Origin: Candidatus Hydrogenedentota bacterium
Lineage (GTDB): Bacteria > Hydrogenedentota > Hydrogenedentia > Hydrogenedentales > JAEUWI01
DNA: 64,000 nt
Reading direction: 5' to 3'
Assembly: GCA_034669905.1 (NCBI GenBank)
Contig: JAXMOL010000001.1
Coordinates: forward strand, 224,001-288,000
The translations under genes were made by a program, and so were the position numbers. Of this stretch, positions 28,422-37,505 are shown one piece after another (within the stretch, counting starts at the first letter, position 1; each line of letters begins with the position of its first letter). The notes under the pieces were generated by a model. The model was not told where the DNA came from. It saw nothing but the letters and a program-made list of their open reading frames with translations, and searched no databases.

Positions 28422-31400
28422 TCAGCTGCGGGTTATGGTTTCGTGGAGATTCAGTATCACCCGGGTCACGGAGGTCCAGGCCGCCACATCGGCCGGCTCC
28501 AGGGCCTCAGCTGCCGGGGCGAGGCCCGCGCGGGTCACCGCCGTGGCGGACGCCTCGTCTGCCGTATATTCCATCAGATGTTTTTGATAGAGGGCACGAA
28601 GTACTTCCAACTCCTGCGCATCGGGTTCACGAGACAAGGCATAGCGAAACGCCAGGGCAATACGGTCGTCGCTTCGCTCACCCGCTTCGACCATGATACG
28701 TTGGGCAAAGACCCGGGCCGTCTCCACATAGGTCGGATCATTGAGGAGCACGAGGGCCTGCAGGGGCGTGTTGGAGATGGTGCGTTCGGCCGTGCACTCT
28801 TCCCGGTTGGGCGCGTCGAAGGCGAGTAAACTCGGGTGTAGAAAAGAGCGCTTCCAGAAGGTATAGAGGCCCCGGCGGTATTGGTTTTCTCCCTTGTCGA
28901 TGTCATAGGCCAATACCCCGCCAAAGGTGTTGCAGTTGGCATAATAGCCTTCCGGCTGATAGGGAAAAACGGAGCGGCCACCAATATGGGGCGCAAGTAG
29001 TCCGCTCATGGCCAGCGCTCCATCGCGAATTAATTCCGCCTCGACCCGGTAGCGGGATTGGCGCGCATAGAGTCGATTGTAGGGATCTTTCGCCCGGAGC
29101 ACGTCATTGCTTGCACTCGATTGACGGTAGGTCTTCGAGGTGACCAGGACCCGCACCATGTGTTTCAAATCCCAGCCGCTACCCACGAATTCGGTGGCGA
29201 GCCAGTCAAGCAATTGGGGATGGGTGGGCCACTCCCCCTGGGCACCGAGATCGTCGAGCACCTTGGAAATCCCAACGCCATAGAACCGCTTCCACAGCCG
29301 GTTCATCGTGACCCGTGCCGTGAGCGGGTTGTCTTCCCGCACCAGCCAGTTCGCCAAATCGAGGCGGGTCGCACGGCGCTCAGAGACACCCAGCTCCGGC
29401 AAGACGCCGGGCGTGTCTGGCAACACCACTTCGCCACTCTCGTCGAGCCAATTACCCCGCGGCAGGACGCGTACTACGCGTGGCTCGGGAAGGGATTTGG
29501 CAATCAGTGTGGTCGCCATACCGGCTTTCAGGGCATCGAGCTCGGCCTGCCTGGAATCCCGGGCCACCCGTTCAGACTGCAAATGAGGGGTAATCCCTCG
29601 AAAATAGTCCCCCAGGGCCTTCGCCTGCTCCGGGCTGCGCTCCGCCCGGGCCACGGCCAGGGTACTGCGAATCGCTTCTGGTAGGACCGGCCAGGGGGTG
29701 ACCTCCGTCCCATCGCTGGTATACCGAAGTCGAAAACAATCGCTCTGGTGGAACTTGTGGCCGGATTCGAAATGGAGCTTGACCTCAAGCATGCCGCCCG
29801 GCGCTGTCGACAGCGCCTCACGAAGCGCGAATACCGCCAGGTGGTCTTCTTTCTTGAGGTGACCGTCCACCGCCCAGCCGCGGTTTTTGTCTTCGTTAAG
29901 CGCATCGCTCACGGGGAAACGATCCTGCGCGTAGTCTGCCAACGCATAGGCCAGGGCAAGGGGCTGGGCTTCCTGCCCATCGGGGGCACGATACGCCACC
30001 GCAAACTGGGTCAGCACAAAATTACTGCCGCCCCGGGAAAGCCCATTGAGATCGGGGTGATTAAACACTTCGAGCATGAGGGATTGTATCGTCGCCCCGT
30101 CGGTGGGTAGCTGCAGGGCATAGACATCCCGCGCCTGGGCCTTGCCTTCCGCCAGGATGCGCCCATCTTCCAGCACGCGAAAGGTAGTTCCGCCATTGGC
30201 CTTTGTTTCGGTCGGCGTCATCACCTGCCAGCCTGTTGCTTCAAGCCCCTGTTTGCTCAAAGCGGTCTGAGACTCCCAGGCAGACTGGGCGACTTCCAGG
30301 GCCGGTGTCGTTTGGGAAAGCGTGGTGTCGAGCCCCGCGATGGCTGCCGTGAGCGCCGCCTCCCGTTCCGACTCCTCGGGTGTCGGCAGGTACATGAAGG
30401 GCGCCCACTTGGCGCCGGAGCGGTACACGCCATCTTCTTCGATGTCGGCAAAGAAAGCGGAAAACGCATAAAAGTCTTTGGTGCTGATGGGATCAAACTT
30501 GTGATCATGGCATTCGGCACAGCCCATGGTCGCCCCGAGCCAGACGGCCGTGGTGGTCCGCACCCGGTCTGCCGCGTACTTGGCGATATACTCTTTGGCC
30601 TGGGCACCGCCCTCGGCCGTGATCTGATTCAACCGGTTGTAACCCGAGGCAATGAGTTGCTCCCGCGTGGGGTCGGGCAGCAGGTCGCCCGCCAATTGTT
30701 CGCGGGTGAACTGGTCGAAGGGCATGTTGGTGTTGAAGGCGTTGATCACGTAATCGCGGTAGGCCGAGATGCTGCGAAACTCATCGCTGTGGTAGCCATT
30801 GGAGTCGGCATAGCGCACCACATCGAGCCATTCCATCGCCATGCGCTCCCCGTAGTGGGGCGATTGAAGCAGGCCATCTACCAGGCGCTCATAGGCATCG
30901 GGCGCGGCGTCATTGACATAGGCCTCCACGGCTTCCGGTGTCGGAGGCACACCGAGCAGATCCCAATAGAGGCGACGAATCACCGTACGTCGGTCGGCTT
31001 CCGGCATGGGGGTCAGACCCTGCCGCGACAGTTTGCGACCAACGAACGTATCGATGGGGTTCTGATCCGGCTCCAGGGCAGAGCGAGGGTCAACCGGCGG
31101 AAGATAGGCCCAGTGGGGTTCATAGGAAGCACCCTGGGCTATCCAGCGACGCAAGACCGCTTTCTCATCGTCCGTGAGTTGCTTCTTCTGGTCCACCGGC
31201 GGCATCTGGTCGTCTGGGTCCACCGCAAAAATCCGATGGATCAACTCGCTGGCGTCAGGATCCCCCGCGACGATGGCCGCTACCGTTTCGCCCTCGGGCG
31301 GTGGAATATCGAGGCGCAGATCGCCTTTGCGTGTGTTGGCGTCCGGCCCGTGACAGGCGTAGCATTTATCTGAAAGAATGGGGCGCACGTCGCGGTTAAA

Positions 31401-31496
31401 ACCTACCGCGTCCGACGTATGGTCTTCTCCGGCTCCAGCGACACCGGGCAGAAGGACCGCCAATCCGGCCCCCAGAACAAGTCGTTGCCAATTCAT
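28422..31496 (-). CDS. Planctomycete cytochrome c + DUF1549 + DUF1553 (PSD1) protein
   Basis: FNRDVRPILSDKCYACHGPD, CAECHDHKFDP, PTHPQLLDWLA and NTPLQALVLLND motifs. Confidence 0.93.
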   Translation of the reverse strand: MNWQRLVLGAGLAVLLPGVAGAGEDHTSDAVGFNRDVRPILSDKCYACHGPDANTRKGDLRLDIPPPEGETVAAIVAGDPDASELIHRIFAVDPDDQMPPVDQKKQLTDDEKAVLRRWIAQGASYEPHWAYLPPVDPRSALEPDQNPIDTFVGRKLSRQGLTPMPEADRRTVIRRLYWDLLGVPPTPEAVEAYVNDAAPDAYERLVDGLLQSPHYGERMAMEWLDVVRYADSNGYHSDEFRSISAYRDYVINAFNTNMPFDQFTREQLAGDLLPDPTREQLIASGYNRLNQITAEGGAQAKEYIAKYAADRVRTTTAVWLGATMGCAECHDHKFDPISTKDFYAFSAFFADIEEDGVYRSGAKWAPFMYLPTPEESEREAALTAAIAGLDTTLSQTTPALEVAQSAWESQTALSKQGLEATGWQVMTPTETKANGGTTFRVLEDGRILAEGKAQARDVYALQLPTDGATIQSLMLEVFNHPDLNGLSRGGSNFVLTQFAVAYRAPDGQEAQPLALAYALADYAQDRFPVSDALNEDKNRGWAVDGHLKKEDHLAVFALREALSTAPGGMLEVKLHFESGHKFHQSDCFRLRYTSDGTEVTPWPVLPEAIRSTLAVARAERSPEQAKALGDYFRGITPHLQSERVARDSRQAELDALKAGMATTLIAKSLPEPRVVRVLPRGNWLDESGEVVLPDTPGVLPELGVSERRATRLDLANWLVREDNPLTARVTMNRLWKRFYGVGISKVLDDLGAQGEWPTHPQLLDWLATEFVGSGWDLKHMVRVLVTSKTYRQSSASNDVLRAKDPYNRLYARQSRYRVEAELIRDGALAMSGLLAPHIGGRSVFPYQPEGYYANCNTFGGVLAYDIDKGENQYRRGLYTFWKRSFLHPSLLAFDAPNREECTAERTISNTPLQALVLLNDPTYVETARVFAQRIMVEAGERSDDRIALAFRYALSREPDAQELEVLRALYQKHLMEYTADEASATAVTRAGLAPAAEALEPADVAAWTSVTRVILNLHETITRS

Positions 31497-31537
31497 GCTA
31501 CTACGCTCCGCTTATGGTCACTCCGGGCTCAAGACAC

Positions 31538-31577
31538 AAAAAAGGGTGCTGCCGACCCCTATGTGGCGGCAGCACCC
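31538..31577 (-). terminator. Intrinsic terminator between the Cys-repeat cytochrome gene and the PSD1 gene
   Basis: GGGTGCTGCCG/CGGCAGCACCC 11-bp stem with a U-tract on the - strand. Confidence 0.75.
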
Positions 31578-31590
31578 ATTATACCCTTAA

Positions 31591-33621
31591 TCAGGCGGTA
31601 CCGGGATTGCACTTTTTGCAAACGGCGGCCAATTTCTGTGCTTCCACACAGCAGGGGTGATCACAGTCTTTACCGTCGGCCTGGGCCTTGGCACAGCAGC
31701 TGCCCTCATCAAAGGTCAAGGCTACTTTCGCCGGGGCACCCGCTTTGGGGTTGCACTTGGCGCAAACCTTGCCCGCCGCCTTGGCTTCCACACAGCAGGG
31801 GTGGTCACAGTCTTTGCCTTCGGCTTGCGCCTTGGCGCAGCAGCTGCCTTCGTCGAAGCTCAGCTTCGGTGCGCCTGCTTTGGGGTTGCACTTGGCGCAG
31901 ACGTTACCGGCTGCCTTGGCTTCCACACAGCAGGGGTGGTCACAATCTTTGCCTTCGGCCTTGGCCTTGGCACAACAGCTGCCTTCATCGAAAGCCAACT
32001 CCTTGGGTGCCGGTTCCGCAGCGCCCTTGGGATTACACTTGGCGCACGCTTTTTTCGCCGCCCAGGCTTCTTTGCAGCAATCGTGGTCGCACATCTTGCC
32101 CCCAGCAAAGGCCTTGGCACAGCAGCTGTCCGCGTCGAACCTGGCCACAATAGCCAGGAGCTCTTCCGCCCCGGCATTGCACTTGGTGCAAACCGTGTTG
32201 GCCTTGCGCGCTTCTTCGCAGCAGGGATGATCACAAACCTTGTTCTCAGCGGCCGCCTTGGCGCAGCAGCTGTCGGCCGTGAAAAGCTCCTTGGGCATGA
32301 TCTTCGCCATTTCCGTCGTCGGAACGGCTGCCGGGTCCAGGCCCTTGTCGACCTTCAACGCGGGCAGCGCCGCCTGAAGGGCCGCGATACCGGCATCGGT
32401 CACGTCGGTCTGCCACAGGAAGAGCTTCTTGAGCCGCTTAAGGCCCTTCAGATGTTCAAGGCCCCCATCGGTCACCTTGGTCCCGTAAAGGTTCAGGTAC
32501 TCCAGGTGCTGAAGACCCGCAAGATGGACCAGGGCCGCATCAGTGATGTCGGTCCGCTCCAGGTGCAGGCGCGTCAGCTTCGCGAGCCCGGCCACCGAGG
32601 CCAGGCCCCCGTCGGTAATCTTCGTATTCGCCAGGTTGAGCCAGGTCAGCTGGGCGGCCAGGGGCGGCAGGGTCGCCAGTTCGGCGTCGGTCACCTTGTC
32701 GCCGATGAGATGAAAGTCCACCCGTACGAGAGGGGTCTTCATATCCAGGGGCATGGCCAGGGCACCGAGATCGGTGATGGCGGCCAGGGCTTCCGGTGCG
32801 GCCGGCGCCGTGTCTTTCGCCAGCACTTCCAGGATGTTGGGCTCTGCGCCCTTCGCATCGCCCGCGGCACCCATCGAAGCGGCGGCCGTTTCCGCCGTCC
32901 AATCTCCAAAGTCGGCTCCCGCCAGAATCCAGGCGTGGATCGCCTTCGTCTGTTCTTCCGTAAGGGGATCACCCTTGGCGGGCATGATATCCACGTCATC
33001 GGCGGGCAATACGGTCAGCTTATATAAGGAACTTTCTTCGGGCTTACCGGCCACAATGATGGGGCCATTTTCGCCCCCCTTGAGAATGGCTTCGGGCGAA
33101 TCCAGGCGAAGTTCGCCTTTCTGTTTTTCGGGTCCGTGGCAGGAAATGCACCGCTCCTGCAGGACGGGCCAGAGGGTGGTGGCGAAGGTACCCGTTGCCG
33201 CGCCGGCCGGTGCGGGTGCCGCATCAAACTTGGCGCCTTCCGTAATCCATTTGTGAATCGTTGCTTTCTGCGCATCGGTCAGGGGGTCCCCCTTGGCCGG
33301 CATGATATCCACGTCATCGGCCGGCAGGGCGACCAACTTGTAGAGGGAGCTTTCTTCGGCCTTCCCCGCGACCACGACGGCACCGTTTTCGCCGCCCTTT
33401 AGAATCGCTTCCTGGGAATCAAGCCGCAGCTCGCCTTTTTGCTTTTCCGCCCCGTGGCAGCTGAAGCAACGCTCCTGCAAGATGGGGTGCACGTCTTTCG
33501 AAAAGCTCGTCTCCTCCGCCTGTGCAGTCATTCCCGAGAGGGCCCCTCCCAAAAGGAGCGCTCCCATCAAGCTTCCGCGTATCGTCGCGCCGATACGTTC
33601 TTTTCCAGTAATGCCAGTCAT
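31591..33621 (-). CDS. Secreted protein: two planctomycete cytochrome c domains, an LRR region and five Cys-rich repeats
   Basis: Signal peptide; CFSCH and CISCH heme motifs; LTWLNLANTKITD/LEYLNLYGTKVTD LRRs; five FxxxSCC-x8-CDHxCC-x8-CxxCN repeats; AGGA RBS before the ATG at 33621. Confidence 0.88.
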   Translation of the reverse strand: MTGITGKERIGATIRGSLMGALLLGGALSGMTAQAEETSFSKDVHPILQERCFSCHGAEKQKGELRLDSQEAILKGGENGAVVVAGKAEESSLYKLVALPADDVDIMPAKGDPLTDAQKATIHKWITEGAKFDAAPAPAGAATGTFATTLWPVLQERCISCHGPEKQKGELRLDSPEAILKGGENGPIIVAGKPEESSLYKLTVLPADDVDIMPAKGDPLTEEQTKAIHAWILAGADFGDWTAETAAASMGAAGDAKGAEPNILEVLAKDTAPAAPEALAAITDLGALAMPLDMKTPLVRVDFHLIGDKVTDAELATLPPLAAQLTWLNLANTKITDGGLASVAGLAKLTRLHLERTDITDAALVHLAGLQHLEYLNLYGTKVTDGGLEHLKGLKRLKKLFLWQTDVTDAGIAALQAALPALKVDKGLDPAAVPTTEMAKIMPKELFTADSCCAKAAAENKVCDHPCCEEARKANTVCTKCNAGAEELLAIVARFDADSCCAKAFAGGKMCDHDCCKEAWAAKKACAKCNPKGAAEPAPKELAFDEGSCCAKAKAEGKDCDHPCCVEAKAAGNVCAKCNPKAGAPKLSFDEGSCCAKAQAEGKDCDHPCCVEAKAAGKVCAKCNPKAGAPAKVALTFDEGSCCAKAQADGKDCDHPCCVEAQKLAAVCKKCNPGTA

Positions 33622-33821
33622 TATCCTGCTCCAATCTGCACCGTATGACTCGATTTCGAACCGTCGAAACACACCGTCAACACGGGCTCGCTCGCCATTT
33701 ATTTATACGCAACACCAAACTCAGTTCTGTGCGCGCCCCCGTCGGGCATGGATTTCACCCTACCCGAACTATCGATAGTAACGCGCATAATTATCGATTT
33801 GCAACACCCCGATTCCGGGAC

Positions 33822-35075
33822 TCAGGACCCCGTCCAACCCACCAGCGGATGGCTCCGGTTTTCCAGCGGGAAGTGGACCCGTTTGCCTGCCACGTAGGCC
33901 GCATACACGGCCTGGATCATTTCCTGCGCGGCCCGACTATCCTGAATCGAGGTGGTCGGCTCCCGTTCTTCCTCAATCGCGCTGACCAGATCGGCCACGA
34001 TGGGCGCGTGCCGCTCCCGGGATTCATCGGTGATGTTCACTTCCGGCGCACCGGGCAGGGGCTTCCACGCGCTCACCGGCGCTCCCTCCCGATCGCTCCG
34101 AACGGCCCAACCCGAATCTTCGAGCCAGCGCACTTCCGGCACGATGGAGTTCATAAGTTCTTCCCGGGTCATCTTGACCACGGGCTTACGCGCCCCGGGA
34201 TTCAGCCGGATGGAGATAACGCCGGTGGTTCCCATGATGTCAATGCCCCAGCGCCCGCCATTGGATTCCCGGGTTCGCATGGAACTGAAATACCCCGGGA
34301 TCCCATTATCGAATCCAAAGGTCGCATGAATCCGGTTGCCCAATACCGGCCCCAGGGGCTCGGTGCCTTCGCGTACGTGTTCGGGCAGGGCCGTTTTCCC
34401 GTTGTGGGTAATGTCTGATTGGCACCAGAGGGGATCGCCCATAAAGTAGCGCATGAGATCGAAGAGGTGGGTACCCAGTACAATCAGGTCTTCGCCGCCG
34501 GCACGGTGATCTTCTTTACCCCGACTGCGCACTTCCACCACCGTCCCGATGATCTTTTCATCGTTAATCATTTTCTTGACGTGACGAATGGTTTCCGTCA
34601 TGCGAAAGTTGTAGGCGATGGCCCAGCGCAGGTCTTTGGCTTCCACCGCGTCAATCATGGCATCGGCCTCGGTCAGGTCGGAGCAGAGGGGCTTTTCAAG
34701 AAAGCCATGGGCCCCCGCCGCCGCACAGGCTTCCACGTATTCCTTGTGATTGATGGTCCACCGGGGTCCCACCGCAACGATGTCGGGTTTCTCCTTCGCC
34801 AGCATCTCCTTGTAATCCGCATAGGTATTTTCGGCCTTGGCTTCGGCCCCATGCTTGGCCCGACCTTCTTCGTCCGGGTCGGCCAGGCCCACCACCTTAA
34901 TCCGGTCATGCATATCAAAGGCCAGGTGCATGTGGTGCCCATACCCCCCCTGTTTGCTGTCGCCAATGATGCAGGCCCGGTATATTTTGTCGCCTTGCGC
35001 ACGGGCGGGAAGGGCCAGCCCGGCGGCCGTGAGGGCTGCTCCGGCAAGGAAGGTTCTACGATTGAACTCGGTCAT
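33822..35075 (-). CDS. Tat-exported Gfo/Idh/MocA oxidoreductase
   Basis: NRRTFLAG signal; EKP; GGEDLIVLGTHLFD; AGGAG RBS. The true start is far inside the 638-aa track ORF. Confidence 0.9.
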   Translation of the reverse strand: MTEFNRRTFLAGAALTAAGLALPARAQGDKIYRACIIGDSKQGGYGHHMHLAFDMHDRIKVVGLADPDEEGRAKHGAEAKAENTYADYKEMLAKEKPDIVAVGPRWTINHKEYVEACAAAGAHGFLEKPLCSDLTEADAMIDAVEAKDLRWAIAYNFRMTETIRHVKKMINDEKIIGTVVEVRSRGKEDHRAGGEDLIVLGTHLFDLMRYFMGDPLWCQSDITHNGKTALPEHVREGTEPLGPVLGNRIHATFGFDNGIPGYFSSMRTRESNGGRWGIDIMGTTGVISIRLNPGARKPVVKMTREELMNSIVPEVRWLEDSGWAVRSDREGAPVSAWKPLPGAPEVNITDESRERHAPIVADLVSAIEEEREPTTSIQDSRAAQEMIQAVYAAYVAGKRVHFPLENRSHPLVGWTGS

Positions 35076-35306
35076 GCTGTATTCTCCTGAAATGCTGCCA
35101 ACGATGTAAGCACACCCGTATGCGGTTCCTGCTGGGGAAGCCTGTCCACAACGCAGCAGCGCACCGGGGGCCGATTTTGATATAGTGCATGGGTACCCTG
35201 CCCCACGAGGACACGCCCTGACCCCCGGGGTACGTCGACCGTCGTGGGACGGCATCCCTAGAGTATTCAGTAATTTACGCCCAATATCAAGGAGACCACC
35301 CACCCC

Positions 35307-35690
35307 ATGGAAGGCCTTCCCGACGGCACCGCCGTTATTGTGATTGACCATGGCTCCAAACGGGACGCCGCGAACACCATGCTCTTCGATATGATTGCCC
35401 AATACCGCGCGGTAACCGGGGCGGCCATCGTGGAAGGCGCCCACATGGAACTGGCCAACCCCACCTTGGAAGAGGCGGTTCATGCCTGCCTCCGGCAAGG
35501 AGCACAACGCATCGTGGTCCACCCCTACTTCCTGGCGCCCGGGCGACACAGCACGGGGGATATCCCCGCGATGGTCCGCGAAGTGGCGTCCGCCCACCCC
35601 GACATCCCCTTTCACGTGACGAAACCGCTGGGTATCGCCCCCCAACTGGCAGAAGTGATGCAGCTGCGCATCCTGGAAGCCCTGGACTGA
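35307..35690 (+). CDS. CbiX/SirB-type class II chelatase, single domain
   Basis: IDHGSKR, AHMELANP and HPYFLAPGRHSTGDIP motifs. Confidence 0.9.
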   Translation: MEGLPDGTAVIVIDHGSKRDAANTMLFDMIAQYRAVTGAAIVEGAHMELANPTLEEAVHACLRQGAQRIVVHPYFLAPGRHSTGDIPAMVREVASAHPDIPFHVTKPLGIAPQLAEVMQLRILEALD

Positions 35691-35819
35691 ATCGGTCGTT
35701 GTATTTTTGCGGGACCGGCCTGAATATGCTACAACCATGAAAAAGACGTTGTCTTGCCCGCCTTGCGGCAGGTACCGTGTTTTCTGAGTTAACTGTGTTT
35801 CATTTGGAGAGGTGGCGCT

Positions 35820-36476
35820 GTGCCGGAAACGAGCAACCCGATTTCGATTGGGAATACCGCATTTCTAAACATGATGGACGAACGGTACCTCGTCGAGATT
35901 CGCGGAGCGGAAAGCAACCGCATCTGGGTCTCCTTCCCCGGGGAGTGCTATCCCCTCAGCGGCATGGGCGGGCGGCTGGAATTTCACCAGCCCACAGGTT
36001 TCTGCGCCTACAATGTGCAGGTGCTCAGTTACGCCGAAGGGAACAAGACCGGCCTTATCCTGGAACGGAGCGAGAGTGCCGATCAGCGCACCCACCGCAC
36101 CACCTGGCGTGTACCCACCAGCATCAGTGCTGCCGTAAACCTCGAAGGCAGTGACCACCGCTTTTCGGCCGTCCTCGAAAATATCAGTGCGGAAGGTGCC
36201 CTGCTACGGGCCCATCCCGTAATGACAATCCGGACTACCATTCGCCTGGCCTTCGCCCTGGATCAGGAGCACGGCAATCAACTTGTGGAGGCAAGGGTCT
36301 GCTACGCCCAGGAAGCCGACGCCATGGCCAATCCGCCCATCCAACAATACGGCGTGCGTTTTACCAATATGTCCCCCGAGACCAAGCGCTTGCTCACCCT
36401 CTTCCTCTACCACCACGTCCGTCGGCTCTATCCCGGGGATGTGGCCGCCATGTATCCCCGGACCCGCCGTCGGTAG
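35820..36476 (+). CDS. PilZ-domain (c-di-GMP-binding) protein
   Basis: RTTWR (RxxxR) and ENISAEGA (D/NxSxxG) motifs; YGVRF. Confidence 0.8.
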   Translation: MPETSNPISIGNTAFLNMMDERYLVEIRGAESNRIWVSFPGECYPLSGMGGRLEFHQPTGFCAYNVQVLSYAEGNKTGLILERSESADQRTHRTTWRVPTSISAAVNLEGSDHRFSAVLENISAEGALLRAHPVMTIRTTIRLAFALDQEHGNQLVEARVCYAQEADAMANPPIQQYGVRFTNMSPETKRLLTLFLYHHVRRLYPGDVAAMYPRTRRR

Positions 36477-36553
36477 GTGGACCGAAAGCACGGCCGTGTC
36501 GGTGATACGGTCGCATCCATGGTACAATTCGGGGGCAAAGGAGCTTCAGAATC

Positions 36554-37294
36554 ATGCGTTGGATATTTCTCATTTTCCTCACCGTCAGCCTCAGCGGATG
36601 CCTGGCCGATGTGCTCGTCACCACGGCCACCCAGGGCAAATTACAGGCCGAGCAGGCCACCGCCGCCCAAAAGACCCTCGAACGCGTCAAGGATGATACG
36701 GGATTGATGAATCTGCAGCGGGCCGTGGACACCTACCGTGCCGACACGGGCCACTATCCCGAGTCCCTCGACGTGCTGGGCTTCAACCCCATCCCCAAAC
36801 GGGGCGATGGCGGCAATTTCGGATACAACCCCGTGACGGGCGAAGTGCTGGAGAGCGATGCCGGGCCGACGGCCGCCGACTATCTCCTCATGGAACAGAT
36901 TGGTGCCGCCATCAATGCCTATGGCACAGCGGCAGGTTACTACCCGCCGACCCTCGACACCCTGACGGAAGCGGGTTATCTTTCCGTATTGCCACGGACC
37001 GAGTTTGGCCAGGAGTTTGCCTACAACAATCAGAATGGCGTGTTTACCCACCCCCTGGAAGGCTCCGTCAACGCGGCACGGCAGGCACCCCCGCAAAACC
37101 GGGGTGGTGCAGTCGCAGGCGGTGGCGGCCCCCTCGGCGAAGCCATGACCGGCATCGCCATCCAGGAAGAACTCAACCGAAACAGCAACGCCGGCGCAAG
37201 CCGTGCCCGGGGCACCGGTGCCAGCGGCATCAATCGGGCCACCAACACCCAGAACGACCGCCAGCAGAAAGCCCTCGAAGACCTGGGATTTTAG
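36554..37294 (+). CDS. Lipoprotein with two pseudopilin/GspG-like repeats
   Basis: LSGC lipobox; LQRAVDTYRADTGHYPESLDVL and IGAAINAYGTAAGYYPPTLDTL. Confidence 0.6.
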   Translation: MRWIFLIFLTVSLSGCLADVLVTTATQGKLQAEQATAAQKTLERVKDDTGLMNLQRAVDTYRADTGHYPESLDVLGFNPIPKRGDGGNFGYNPVTGEVLESDAGPTAADYLLMEQIGAAINAYGTAAGYYPPTLDTLTEAGYLSVLPRTEFGQEFAYNNQNGVFTHPLEGSVNAARQAPPQNRGGAVAGGGGPLGEAMTGIAIQEELNRNSNAGASRARGTGASGINRATNTQNDRQQKALEDLGF

Positions 37295-37446
37295 GGGGTT
37301 GGTCTAAGCAGACGGGTCATGATGAATCGCGCGGAAGTGCCTCGGACAGGTCTCCGACGTGCCGTGGCATGGAGCCCGCGCCCCTCTCATCTCCTGGTTT
37401 TTCCCCATCCCAATGGCCGCCCGAAAAGTGCAATGCCCACGCCTTA

Positions 37447-37493
37447 CTCAATGACGGTGACACGAGACATGGGGTCTCCGGTCCGTCATTGAG
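37447..37493 (+). promoter_or_regulatory. Long hairpin overlapping the RBS of the 37506 gene
   Basis: CTCAATGACGG (37447-57) pairs with CCGTCATTGAG (37483-93); inner GAGAC/GTCTC stem; RBS GAGGAG at 37491-96. Confidence 0.6.
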
Positions 37494-37505
37494 GAGCACG
37501 ATACC

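Noticed and set aside
31419..33027. Repetitive plus-strand ORFs (244, 456 and 180 aa)
   Set aside because: Their periodicity comes from the Cys-rich repeats encoded on the minus strand.
35076..35738. N-terminal 220-aa extension of the Gfo/Idh/MocA ORF in the track
   Set aside because: It overlaps the real CbiX gene on the opposite strand. The RBS and Tat signal place the start at 35075.
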